Shown: piece by piece, positions 19,093 to 28,774 of the stretch
Numbering within the stretch: position 1 is the first letter of the stretch
Layout: the number at the start of each line of letters is the position of its first letter
Origin: Gemmatimonadaceae bacterium
GTDB taxonomy: Bacteria; Gemmatimonadota; Gemmatimonadetes; Gemmatimonadales; Gemmatimonadaceae
DNA length: 64,000 nucleotides
Direction of reading: 5' to 3'
Assembly (NCBI GenBank): GCA_044224875.1
Contig: JBGAJQ010000022.1
Span: 1-64,000 of the forward strand
Translations under genes and position numbers: made by a program
The notes under the pieces: model-generated
Databases searched by the model: none
Seen by the model: the letters and a program-made list of their open reading frames with translations, nothing else
Told to the model about the DNA's origin: nothing

Positions 19093-20466
19093 ATGCTCGC
19101 GGGCACGCTGTTGGCGTCGTGGATGGTTGTATCCGCGCCGGCGCACGGACAACGTGTCGAGCTACAGAAGTTCATCCATCACACCGTGCTCGCAAACGGC
19201 ATGGAGGTCATCGTCGCCGAGAACCACGGCGTACCGATCGCCACCGTGGAAATTGATGTACGCAATGGCTCGTTCACGCAGCCGCGTGGCTACGAAGGTC
19301 TGGCGCACATGTACGAGCACATGTTCTTCAAGGCGAACGCGCAGCTGCCGCGGCCGGATGAGTTCATTCAGCGCGCCTCTTCGTTAGGTGCTGTCTTCAA
19401 CGGCACGACACAAGAGGAGCGCGTGAACTACTACCTGTCGCTACCCGCCGATAGCGTCGAGGGTGGCCTTCGCCTGATCGCGGGTGCGTTGCGTGAGCCG
19501 CGATTCTTGAAGGAGGAACTGGATCGAGAACGGCTGGTGGTACTGGGCGAGTACGATCGCAATGAGGCGAGTGCCTTCTTTGAGTTGGACAAACGCAGCA
19601 TGCAGCTGGTGTACCCCGGCCAATGGAGTCGAAAGAACATCATTGGGGAGCGCGAGGTGTTGCAGACGGTCACACCCGACAAGATGCGGGAGATCCAACG
19701 CCGCTACTACGTGCCCAACAACTCGGCCTTGATCGTGACCGGCGATGTGGATGCGATTCGCGTGTTTGAGCTGGCGAAAACGATCTTTGGCGACTGGCCG
19801 CGTGGGGCGGACCCGTTTGCGGAGTCGGCCATCCCTCCCATTCCGCCGATCGAGAAGTCGGAAGGCGTGATCATCGAGCAAGACGTCGGTGCGATCACCG
19901 TCCTGATTCGCTGGCAGGGTCCGAGCGTGCGCGGTGACGCCGCGGCAACGTACGCCGCTGACGTGTTCTCGGACGCCCTCAATCAACCCGGGAGTTCCTT
20001 GCAGCGACGCTTGGTCGACAGCGGGCTATGGCAGGGGATCGCTGTGAACTACTACACGCTGAACCAGAACGGGCCTATCACGATTTCAGGCCAGACCACT
20101 CCTGACCGGTTCAAGGAAGCGATGGCCGCCCTCCATCACGAGATCGAGTCATTCGTCGACCCGACGTATATCACGCAGGACCAGCTGGATGCGACGAAGG
20201 CCGAGCGGGCTGTCAGCACGGCATTCGGGTTTGACCGGCCTTCTGACTTTGCGCACACCCTGGGATTCTGGTGGAGCGTTGCCGACTTGGAGTATTACAT
20301 GGGATACGTCGACAGTATGGGCAAGCAAACGTTGGCAGACCTGCGCGCCTATGCGCGGAAGTACATCGTTGGTCGGCCATACGTCGTCAGTGTGCTCATG
20401 CCCCCCGAGGTGCGGAAGCAGCTGCAACTCACGACACCTGACTTGTTGGCCAAGGTGAAATCATGA
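19093..20466 (+). CDS. M16 (pitrilysin-type) zinc peptidase, catalytic subunit
   Basis: LANGMEV, GLAHMYEHMFFK (HxxEH), ER.VV.GE, YYVPNN; signal peptide. Confidence 0.92.
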   Translation: MLAGTLLASWMVVSAPAHGQRVELQKFIHHTVLANGMEVIVAENHGVPIATVEIDVRNGSFTQPRGYEGLAHMYEHMFFKANAQLPRPDEFIQRASSLGAVFNGTTQEERVNYYLSLPADSVEGGLRLIAGALREPRFLKEELDRERLVVLGEYDRNEASAFFELDKRSMQLVYPGQWSRKNIIGEREVLQTVTPDKMREIQRRYYVPNNSALIVTGDVDAIRVFELAKTIFGDWPRGADPFAESAIPPIPPIEKSEGVIIEQDVGAITVLIRWQGPSVRGDAAATYAADVFSDALNQPGSSLQRRLVDSGLWQGIAVNYYTLNQNGPITISGQTTPDRFKEAMAALHHEIESFVDPTYITQDQLDATKAERAVSTAFGFDRPSDFAHTLGFWWSVADLEYYMGYVDSMGKQTLADLRAYARKYIVGRPYVVSVLMPPEVRKQLQLTTPDLLAKVKS

Positions 20467-21723
20467 CGCGGGGTATGGTCTCGGCACTCGCACTCGCCTT
20501 GAGTTGTCGGGCCGCGGACGTCATGGCGCAGTCCGTGGCCACGGCAGTCCCTGCCCCAGTGGTCGACAGCACGGAAACCACCACCTACGAGACAGGGGGC
20601 ATTCGCGTCGTTCAACGCTACGCGACATCCAGCGACATCGTGGTTGCGAACCTCTATCTGCTGGGTGGCGTCCGACAAGTAACGGCTGCAAATGCGGGTC
20701 TGGAGCCGTTGCTACTCGAGCTCACGGAACGCGGTACTCGAACGTATTCCAAGGAGCAGCTGCGTCGGCAGATGGCACGGCTAGGAACGTCGATTGCGAC
20801 GGAGGCGGAACCGGATTGGAGCGCGATCAGCATTCGTGCCACCCGCACCACCTTTGATTCGACGTGGGCCGTCATGGCGAGTCGAGTGATGCAACCGACG
20901 CTCGATTCCATGGAGTTTGAGCTGATTCGCCGGCAGTTTATTGCCGCGGTCAGGCAGCGCAAGGACTCGCCCGACGCGCTGCTGGAGTTCCTTGCCGACT
21001 CTTTTGCGTTCGCTGGGCACCCATACGCGATTGCTCCTGCCGGGACCGAGTCATCAATTGCGTCGCTTCGGCTTGCGGACCTCCGGCGCTACCACGCGGA
21101 GCAGTTTGTGAAGTCACGCTTGCTGCTGGTTGTCGTGGGGAACGTTCCACGGACGAAGGTCGAGCAGCTTATCGGTCGGACGCTGGCCCGCCTGCCAGCC
21201 GGCACCTTCCGGTGGACCTTATCCCGGGCCAATGGCGGGCACGAAAGACTACGTGGCCCTCCGCATCGCCACGACGGTTTTGTCTGGCGAGTTCTTCGGT
21301 GAGGTCCGTTCCCGGCGCAACCTCAGCTACGCCGTGGAAGCCCCGTTTGTTGAGCGGGCTGTTGCGGCTGGCGGGCTGTACGTGACGACGGTCTCTCCTG
21401 ACGTGACATTGGACGTCATGCGACAGCAACTCAATGGACTCAAGACGGGGACCGTAGACGCGACGGCCCTCGAAACCTTGGTCGCGCAATTCACGACCCA
21501 GTATTTCCTGGACAATGAATCAAACGCCGAACAGGCGAATTTTCTGGCGCGCGCCTACCTGTTCAACGGCGACGTGGCGGCAGTTGAGCGATTCTCGGCC
21601 GATTTGAGGTCCGTGACACCGGAGGACGTGCGTAGAGTTGCGCAACGGTACATGAAAGACATGCGATTCGTGTATCTCGGAGACTCGAGACGCGCCCCAA
21701 CCCGCCTGATGGAGAAGTTTTAG
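20463..21723 (+). pseudogene. M16 peptidase non-catalytic partner subunit, frameshifted near 21220 (real lesion or sequencing error)
   Basis: ORF 20463..21302 (RGT, HPYA, LVVVGNV) continues in the frame of 21130..21723 (DYVALRIA...EVRSRRNLSY...VTPEDVRRVA); no HxxEH; ATGA overlap with the upstream gene. Confidence 0.8.
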
Positions 21724-21817
21724 GCAGCGCTCGCAAAGCAGGCAGGCCACCGGCAGAAATGCTGCATGGTTTCCAGCAGCATTCTTAAACCCAATAGCCC
21801 TTTGCTTTTGGCGTTCT

Positions 21818-21835
21818 TTGTGAATAAGTTCACAA
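21818..21835. promoter_or_regulatory. Rex-type operator (also fits CRP/FNR-family TGTGA-N6-TCACA)
   Basis: Perfect TTGTGAA-TAAG-TTCACAA, about 75 bp upstream of the cupredoxin ATG. Confidence 0.75.
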
Positions 21836-21909
21836 TGCCTGCGGGGCTCCGCGGGCTCGAGAAAAACTCGGCACAAGTACTTTCCGTTCGGCTCTGGAGG
21901 CCTTGGAAA

Positions 21910-22407
21910 ATGCGGTTCTACGGACTCGCGCTCGCTGCGGGCGCGTTGGTTGTTGGTGCCTGTGGTGGTGGCGAGAGCAAGCCGGCTGATACGACGGCGA
22001 CGACGCCGGCTCCGCAGGCGGCCCCGGCGGCAACGCCCGCTCCGACCAGTTCAGTGGCGGCGGCACCCGTTACCGGCACGGTGCACGAAGTGAAGATGGT
22101 GGGCGATGCTCAGGGTTATCGATTTGACCCGGCGAACATCACCGTGAAGGCGGGTGACGGCATCAAGTTCATTATGGTGAGCGGCGGTCCGCACAACGTC
22201 GCGTTCGATCCGGCGACTGTTCCCGCGGACGCGAAGGACCAGTTGTTCGCTAACATGCCGAACTCGACCGACGGCTCTTCGCCGATGTTGATCAATCCAA
22301 ACGAGACCTTTGAACTGTCGCTTGGCAACATCAAGCCCGGGAAGTACCCGTTCCACTGCACACCACACCTGGCAATGGGGATGAAGGGCGAGATTACGGT
22401 TCAGTAG
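21910..22407 (+). CDS. Blue copper (plastocyanin/auracyanin-like) lipoprotein
   Basis: GGAGG RBS, lipobox VGAC, Pro/Ala linker, type-1 Cu ligands PHNV and CTPHLAMGM. Confidence 0.92.
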   Translation: MRFYGLALAAGALVVGACGGGESKPADTTATTPAPQAAPAATPAPTSSVAAAPVTGTVHEVKMVGDAQGYRFDPANITVKAGDGIKFIMVSGGPHNVAFDPATVPADAKDQLFANMPNSTDGSSPMLINPNETFELSLGNIKPGKYPFHCTPHLAMGMKGEITVQ

Positions 22408-22424
22408 TCGCGCGTTCGTGAGGC

Positions 22425-22465
22425 AAGGCACGGGGGCTCGCGAGAGTCCCCGTGCCTTATTTTTT
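22425..22465 (+). terminator. Intrinsic terminator
   Basis: AAGGCACGGGGGCTC-GCGA-GAGTCCCCGTGCCTT followed by ATTTTTT. Confidence 0.85.
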
Positions 22466-22517
22466 CAACGTACACAATGGGCGACTCGCTCCAGGTGCAT
22501 CGTTGAGCCATCCAGCC

Positions 22518-24218
22518 ATGGACGAACGAGTCAAATCGACATCGACAACGATCATACGCCGGTATCGGCCTGCTTCGAAGTCCGCATGGTGGGCGGCGCG
22601 AACGAAGAATGTTCTCACGCGGCGCCACCGCCTAACGGGGCCGCTGTTGCCGATGATCCTGGTCATGTTCGCGTGTTTCTTCGTCCTGCCAGTTGGCATC
22701 CGGAACGTGTGGGCGCGATACCGAACGCCGGCCCCCGTTCTTCGCGACCTCGCTCCGTTGATGGCAACGGAGCGTCTCCTCCGCGAACAGGTGGTTCGCG
22801 CTGATTCAGAACTCGCCGCGTACCGCACGGCAGCGGCGCCGACGATCGATACGGTTGTCACGTTCGCAAATCCGGAGGCGGATTCACTCGTCGCGGCCGC
22901 CGCACTCCTTGACCAGCTTCTCCGCCGAGCGGCCGATGCGCCGCTGAGCGACTCGTATCGGACGATCGCCGAATCGCCCGCACTGCGCACCGACGCCCGA
23001 GTGCGTGCATTGCTAGACTCACTCACGGATGTGGAGCACGAGCGAGCTGAATTCGGCTCCGGTGCCGCGGTCGATCCACTGTATGTGGCGTTGACGACGC
23101 GCGCGAATGCGTTGGGCCGGTCGATCGTGGCAATCGCGGAGGCCAGGCGGCAGGGCATACGCAAGCGCCTAGCCGTGCCGCGCGCTCCGAACGCCGTGGC
23201 CCGCGACACGACGCCGCTTGCAGATACAACAGTGCTCGCGGTGCGCGTGCGTGAATTAAGGACCGCGTTGGATCAGGCGGCTCGTCGCGTGTCAGAGGAA
23301 AGAGCCGCGAACGCGGCGAAACTCGCGTCGGCTGACGCGGAGCGTGTGAGCCAGCAGCTAGCTCCAACGGGCGTATTGGTGGCGGCTAGCACCGTGCTCG
23401 CAATGATCTTCCTTTTTGCGGTCGCGCTGGGCGACGAGATCAGAGCACCCCGTGTGGCCGACGGGACCGAGGCTGAACGACTTGCCGACACCCGTGTACT
23501 GAGCGTGGTTCGTCCGAGAGTTGTACCTGACGAACGAATGCGCCGTCGTGCGGATAGGGAACGACCACCGCTCCTCGATCCGCAGCACGATGCCTACCGC
23601 ATGCTGGCATGGCACGTCAGTGCACATGCCCCGCGCGATGGCATCATCGTGCTGACGGGTGAGATCCCATCGATCACCGCAACTATCGCCGCGAACATTG
23701 CCGCCGTGCTGGCAAATGAGGCGCGGGCAACGCTCCTGCTGGATGTTGATTTTGCGACGCCGTTGATGGCCGACGTCATGGGCATACCGGCGGTGCCCGG
23801 CATTGCCGCGGTTCTCGAGAATCGCCGCCGATGGTCCGAGACGATCATTCAGGTGACCACGGGACGCGGCCGGTCGGTTGACTGCATTCCTGCTGGGGCG
23901 CGAAGCCGGCCGCTCGGGCCGGCCGAACAAGAAGCACTGGGAACGGAAATCCGTCGCGCGGCTAAGCGTTACGACATCACTGTCGTGCACGCCCCATTGC
24001 AGCTGGCGAGACGAGCCCTTCGCGGTGTTGACGCCCTTGTCTGCGCGTCACTCTCGCGGACGCGACTCTCCGCCCTCGCTCGCACCGCGGCGGGGCTTCG
24101 GGACGATGGCGCCCGGGTGCTGGGCGTGGCATTGTGGGAAGGAGATGCGGTGCGCGTCCCTTCGCGACGACGCATGCACCCTCGCTCAGAGCTGGCGCGC
24201 CGGCTGGCGAACGCGTGA
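22518..24218 (+). CDS. Wzc/GumC-like membrane protein with coiled coil and degenerate P-loop domain
   Basis: TM - coiled coil - TM - cytoplasmic domain (DAYRML, AANIAAVLA...TLLLDVDF, IPAG, YDITVVHAP, GARVLGV). The ORF-track start 22452 falls inside the terminator, so ATG 22518 is used. Confidence 0.65.
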   Translation: MDERVKSTSTTIIRRYRPASKSAWWAARTKNVLTRRHRLTGPLLPMILVMFACFFVLPVGIRNVWARYRTPAPVLRDLAPLMATERLLREQVVRADSELAAYRTAAAPTIDTVVTFANPEADSLVAAAALLDQLLRRAADAPLSDSYRTIAESPALRTDARVRALLDSLTDVEHERAEFGSGAAVDPLYVALTTRANALGRSIVAIAEARRQGIRKRLAVPRAPNAVARDTTPLADTTVLAVRVRELRTALDQAARRVSEERAANAAKLASADAERVSQQLAPTGVLVAASTVLAMIFLFAVALGDEIRAPRVADGTEAERLADTRVLSVVRPRVVPDERMRRRADRERPPLLDPQHDAYRMLAWHVSAHAPRDGIIVLTGEIPSITATIAANIAAVLANEARATLLLDVDFATPLMADVMGIPAVPGIAAVLENRRRWSETIIQVTTGRGRSVDCIPAGARSRPLGPAEQEALGTEIRRAAKRYDITVVHAPLQLARRALRGVDALVCASLSRTRLSALARTAAGLRDDGARVLGVALWEGDAVRVPSRRRMHPRSELARRLANA

Positions 24219-24261
24219 GCGCGGGAACTACGACTTGTTCTCTCCCATTGGTTGGTGAACC

Positions 24262-24759
24262 GTGGCTGAATCGACTCTGGACTTGCGTGACTTGCCGAAA
24301 GGCGAAGCCTATGGCCTGCTGGAGCAACACATCGTCAATGTTTTAGAAGGCGTGGATGACGAGATCGCCGAGATGGCAACCATTAGTTGCTTGATCGCGA
24401 ACGCATTCGGGTATCTCTGGGTTGGATTCTACCGTGTGGTGGAGCGTGATCAGCTGTTGCGTGTCGGTCCGTATCAGGGGACACTTGGCTGCCTCGAGAT
24501 TCGTTTTGGCGCCGGGGTGTGTGGGGCTGCAGCCGAGGGCAGGCGGACGGTCATTGTGGACGACGTCGAGTCCTTTCCAGGGCACATCGCCTGCGACTCG
24601 CGTGCGCGATCTGAGATCGTTGTGCCTGTCTTCGATGCGAAGGGAGAACTTCTGGCCGTGCTTGACATCGATGCAACAACTACGGCGCAATTCGACGAAA
24701 CAGACAGGGCGGCGCTGGAGCGCATTGTACGTCGATTTGCGCGGCCCGCTGCGGACTAA
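24262..24759 (+). CDS. GAF-domain protein, free methionine-R-sulfoxide reductase (MsrC/YebR) type
   Basis: WVGFY, VGPYQG..GC..I.FG.GVCG, V.DV..FPGHIACD..SEIVVP, VLDID. Confidence 0.88.
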   Translation: MAESTLDLRDLPKGEAYGLLEQHIVNVLEGVDDEIAEMATISCLIANAFGYLWVGFYRVVERDQLLRVGPYQGTLGCLEIRFGAGVCGAAAEGRRTVIVDDVESFPGHIACDSRARSEIVVPVFDAKGELLAVLDIDATTTAQFDETDRAALERIVRRFARPAAD

Positions 24760-24852
24760 CACGCGTGAGCGCACCGTGGGTGTCGCGGCGAACGCATGGA
24801 GGCTAAGTTTCGCCGAAGTTTCACGATGCCCTCTCGTAGCCGGATTGGCTGA

Positions 24853-25479
24853 ATGACATTGATCTCGGGGTACTCCGATCGGATCAATCATGCCTTGGCG
24901 TTCGCCGCCAAGCATCACGATCAGCAGGTTCGACGAGGAACGCGTTCACCGTATCTCACACAGCCCGCCAATGTCGCGATTATCCTCACGCGGTACGGAT
25001 GTCGCGAGGAGATCGTCGTGGCGGGCATCCTGGTGGAGGTGGTGGAGGACTTTGTACGCGGGGGATTCAGCGCCGAGATGCTCGATGAGCGCATCAGCGA
25101 GAAGTTCGGGCGACGTGTGACCGAGCTCTTGCTGACCATTGTACCGCGGCGACATGACGATGACGGTATTGAACTCTCCGCAGACGAGCGTCGGCGGGAT
25201 GTACTCGAGCGCTTGAACGATGCACCTGATGAAGCGCGTTGGGTTTTGTGCGCGGTCGGTCTCCACGGTGCTGCGTCATTGTTGGCGGACCTTCGTCGAA
25301 CCGTGGATCCCGATTCCGTATGGAGTCGCCTCGTTCCCAGCAAGGATGCGACGCTTGCATGGTACGATGGCATTCGATCACGGTTGCGCGCGCTCGGCTT
25401 TCAGGAGCCGATCGTGAACGAACTGTCGGTGACGGTTGACGAGTTGCAGCTGGTGCGACAGCGTCAGCCGGCTGGCTGA
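24853..25479 (+). CDS. RelA/SpoT hydrolase-like HD-fold protein with degenerate active site
   Basis: [30 protein letters not shown]; but QP replaces HP and LVE replaces LHD. Confidence 0.75.
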   Translation: MTLISGYSDRINHALAFAAKHHDQQVRRGTRSPYLTQPANVAIILTRYGCREEIVVAGILVEVVEDFVRGGFSAEMLDERISEKFGRRVTELLLTIVPRRHDDDGIELSADERRRDVLERLNDAPDEARWVLCAVGLHGAASLLADLRRTVDPDSVWSRLVPSKDATLAWYDGIRSRLRALGFQEPIVNELSVTVDELQLVRQRQPAG

Positions 25480-26723
25480 TCCACCCGATCGATGCCAACG
25501 GGGTACCGGTCAGCTACGTAGCGATCCAGGATCCCGAGGAAGTCGTCAACGAGTGTGTCACCCCGGAGCGTGGTAAACAGGCGGCCATCGACGTAGACCG
25601 GCGCCTTCGGCTCCTCGAACGTTCCGGGAAGGGAGATGCCCACGTGTGCATGCTTCGACTCTCCAGGTCCGTTCACCACACAACCCATCACCGCGACGCG
25701 CAACTCCTCGACGCCGGGGTGACGCGAGCGCCACACCGCCATTCGTTCGCGGAGGTGGTGCTGGACATCCTCGGCCAACTGCTGAAAGTACGTCGACGTC
25801 GTGCGGCCGCACCCAGGGCACGCCGTGACTTGCGGGGCAAAGTGCCGCAAGCCTAACGACTGGAGAATCTGCTGAGCGACCTGCACTTCTTCCGTCCGAT
25901 CCCCGTTCGGACGTGGGGTCAGCGACACGCGGATGGTGTCACCGATTCCTTGGGCCAGGAGCAAGGACAACCCCGCGGTACTCGCGATGACGCCCTTGGT
26001 GCCAAGTCCAGCCTCCGTGAGGCCCAGGTGCAACGGGTATGTGCAGCGACTGGCCAGGCGTCGATACGTACTGACCAGGTCACGCACCACCGAAACCTTC
26101 GCCGACAAGATGATCCGATCATTCGGCAAGCCTGCCTCTTCGGCCAGTGCCGCCGAGCGAAGGGCGCTTTCCACCATCGCCTCGATATAGACGTCCTGCG
26201 CATCGCGTGGGGCGTCTGCTGCGGCGTTGGCATTCATCATCGATGTGAGGAGGTCCTGATCCAGCGATCCCCAGTTGACGCCGATACGTACGGGTTTGCC
26301 GTTCTCGATCGCGACCGCCACGATGGCGCGAAAATTGTCGTCGCGGTGACGACTTCCCACATTCCCCGGATTGATGCGGTACTTCGCGAGTACCTGCGCG
26401 CACTGGGGATACTTCGTGAGAAGCAGGTGACCGTTGTAGTGGAAGTCCCCAACAATCGGTACGAACACACCCAGGTCGGATAACCGCGAGGCGATCTCCG
26501 GAACTGCCTGCGCGGCGAGCTCGTTGTTCACCGTCACGCGAACCAATTGCGACCCAGCGCGCGCGAGGGCCGCAACCTGGTTCGCCGTTGCAGCCGCGTC
26601 CGCCGTGTCGGTGTTTGTCATCGACTGCACGACAATCGGAGCGGAGGATCCGATCTTGACCCCACCCACGTCCGTCGTCAGAGTTTGCCGTCTAACCCAC
26701 TGCGTCACTGTCTCTCCGGGCAT
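25464..26723 (-). CDS. ispG: (E)-4-hydroxy-3-methylbut-2-enyl-diphosphate synthase
   Basis: [64 protein letters not shown]. Confidence 0.97.
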   Translation of the reverse strand: MPGETVTQWVRRQTLTTDVGGVKIGSSAPIVVQSMTNTDTADAAATANQVAALARAGSQLVRVTVNNELAAQAVPEIASRLSDLGVFVPIVGDFHYNGHLLLTKYPQCAQVLAKYRINPGNVGSRHRDDNFRAIVAVAIENGKPVRIGVNWGSLDQDLLTSMMNANAAADAPRDAQDVYIEAMVESALRSAALAEEAGLPNDRIILSAKVSVVRDLVSTYRRLASRCTYPLHLGLTEAGLGTKGVIASTAGLSLLLAQGIGDTIRVSLTPRPNGDRTEEVQVAQQILQSLGLRHFAPQVTACPGCGRTTSTYFQQLAEDVQHHLRERMAVWRSRHPGVEELRVAVMGCVVNGPGESKHAHVGISLPGTFEEPKAPVYVDGRLFTTLRGDTLVDDFLGILDRYVADRYPVGIDRVDQPAG

Positions 26724-26813
26724 GCTCTAGCGTAAACTACGCTGCGCGTGGTCCATTGGGGATCGCTAGGGATCGTGGATCCCGGTGACAGTATTGCGCA
26801 ATTCGGAGACAGC

Positions 26814-27260
26814 ATGCCCAACGAGACGCCAGAAGTAGCTCCTCAAACGCAGGACGCCGCCGCTCCCTCACGGCCCGGGCTCTTTCGGCGCCATTGGGGC
26901 AAGTTGACGTTGGCGACGCTCATCCTTGGACCTGCCCTCGGGTTCACGATCTGGGCCGGCCTTGCCATGGGCTTCACCTACTCATCTGGCGATCGCGTGG
27001 GGTTTGTGCAGAAGCTCGCAAAGAAGGGCTGGGTCTGCAAAACCTGGGAAGGAGAGATGCAGCTCTCGAACGTGCCTGGTAGCGCGCCGACCATCTTCTA
27101 CTTCTCCGTACGCAGCGACTCGATCGCTCAGGAAATCGTGTCGCACGAAGGTCGGCAGATGTCCCTGCACTACAACCAGCACGTTGGGATTCCGACGTCC
27201 TGCTTTGGCGACACCGAGTATTTCATCACGGGCGTTCGCGTTCTGACGACTGATCGCTAG
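26814..27260 (+). CDS. Hypothetical single-pass membrane protein
   Basis: GGAG RBS before ATG 26814; TM helix, then YSSGDRVG.VQK..KKGWVCKTWEGE and CFGDTEYF. Confidence 0.75.
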   Translation: MPNETPEVAPQTQDAAAPSRPGLFRRHWGKLTLATLILGPALGFTIWAGLAMGFTYSSGDRVGFVQKLAKKGWVCKTWEGEMQLSNVPGSAPTIFYFSVRSDSIAQEIVSHEGRQMSLHYNQHVGIPTSCFGDTEYFITGVRVLTTDR

Positions 27261-27275
27261 CGGCATCCACTTGAA

Positions 27276-27306
27276 CAAAAGCGCGACCCCTCAGGCTCGC
27301 GCTTTG
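27276..27306. terminator. Bidirectional terminator between convergent genes
   Basis: AAAAGCGCGA...TCGCGCTTT hairpin. Confidence 0.6.
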
Positions 27307-27328
27307 TAACTCAATGGACCGTGCTACC

Positions 27329-28774
27329 TCACCCCACGCGCAGCGTCAGCCCGTTCCCGCGTGCCTCGGGGGTGGGAACAAGCGAGGCCGTCGCCAGCTC
27401 AATCTGGGTTCGCACGGAGTTCGGACCCGTGCCTCCTTCCACATCCCTCCGCTCGATGGACCGTCGCGGAGAGAGCGCATCGAAAACATCGTCTCCAAAG
27501 AGCGCGTGTGCCGCGACAAAGGCCGCCTTTGGTAGGGCATGCAGTTCCAGTCCGGCCTCCTCGCCCTGACGTACCAGCTGTCCGACACTGGCATGGGCCT
27601 CTCGGAAAGAGACCCCACGCTCCACTAGATAATCGGCGAGGTCCGTCGCCATCATCGTGCTCGAGATGGCGCGAGTCATGCGTTCTTGGTCAAAACGCAA
27701 CTCGGAAATCGTACCGGCAACGGCGGGGAGGACGAGTAGCGACGCATCGACCGCGTCGAACAATGTACGCTTGTCGTCCTGCAGGTCCTTGTTGTACCCA
27801 CTTGGCAGCCCCTTGAGCGTGCCGAGGAGCGCGGTGAGGTCTCCCAGGATGCGCGAGGCTGAGCCACGAGCGATCTCCAAGGCATCGGGATTCCGCTTCT
27901 GGGGCATCATGCTGGAACCCGTGCTGAAGCCATCGCCGAACCGTACGAACCCAAACTCGCTCGTTCCGTAGAGGATCAAGTCCTCGGCCAGGCGCGACAG
28001 ATGGGTTCCCAGCACGGCCAATGTGAACACGACTTCGGCAATGAAGTCGCGATCGGCTACCGCGTCGATGCTATTGCGAGAGATGGACGAGAATCCCAGG
28101 CTGCCTTGCAGGAGTACACGCGAAATCGGGAATGCACAACCGGCCACCGCACCACTGCCTAACGGCAGCGAGGAAGCGCCACGCGCCGCTGCGGCAAGGC
28201 GCGCGCGATCGCGATCCAGCGGCCAAAAGTGTGAGAGCATCCAATGAGCCGCAGACACTGGCTGGGCGCGCTGCAAGTGCGTGTAGGCGGGCAGCATGGC
28301 GCCTTCGAGTGCGCGCGCCTGCTCGAGCATGACCCCCTGCAGCTCCCGTATAGCGTCGTCCAGACGGACGCATGCATCCATGGTCCACATGCGAGTGGCC
28401 GTCGCGACCTGATCGTTTCGACTGCGTCCGGTGTGAAGCTTCGATGCCACGTCGCCGACGGACTCGTGCAGGAGTCGGTCGATCATGGTGTGGACGTCTT
28501 CGTCCGTTGGAATCGGCGCGGCGCCGGCTCGGAATCGCTCGGCCACCACGTCGAGACCGCGTTCGATTTCCTTGCTCTCGTTCAACGTGAGAACGCCCGC
28601 ACTCCACAGGGCGACTGACCACGCCTTGGAAAGCTGGATGTCAAATGGCCACAGGCGGAAATCAACGCCGATGGAACGATTTACCGCGTCCATGATCGGC
28701 GAGGTGCGGCCGGCGAACCGGCCGCCCCAGAGCTTATGGGCCGAATCGTGAGGCACGAGCTCCAACTTGGTCAT
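27329..28774 (-). CDS. argH: Argininosuccinate lyase
   Basis: LWGGRF, EDVH, LHTGRSRNDQV, YTHLQRAQP, GSSMMPQKRNPD, YNKDLQ. Confidence 0.97.
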   Translation of the reverse strand: MTKLELVPHDSAHKLWGGRFAGRTSPIMDAVNRSIGVDFRLWPFDIQLSKAWSVALWSAGVLTLNESKEIERGLDVVAERFRAGAAPIPTDEDVHTMIDRLLHESVGDVASKLHTGRSRNDQVATATRMWTMDACVRLDDAIRELQGVMLEQARALEGAMLPAYTHLQRAQPVSAAHWMLSHFWPLDRDRARLAAAARGASSLPLGSGAVAGCAFPISRVLLQGSLGFSSISRNSIDAVADRDFIAEVVFTLAVLGTHLSRLAEDLILYGTSEFGFVRFGDGFSTGSSMMPQKRNPDALEIARGSASRILGDLTALLGTLKGLPSGYNKDLQDDKRTLFDAVDASLLVLPAVAGTISELRFDQERMTRAISSTMMATDLADYLVERGVSFREAHASVGQLVRQGEEAGLELHALPKAAFVAAHALFGDDVFDALSPRRSIERRDVEGGTGPNSVRTQIELATASLVPTPEARGNGLTLRVG

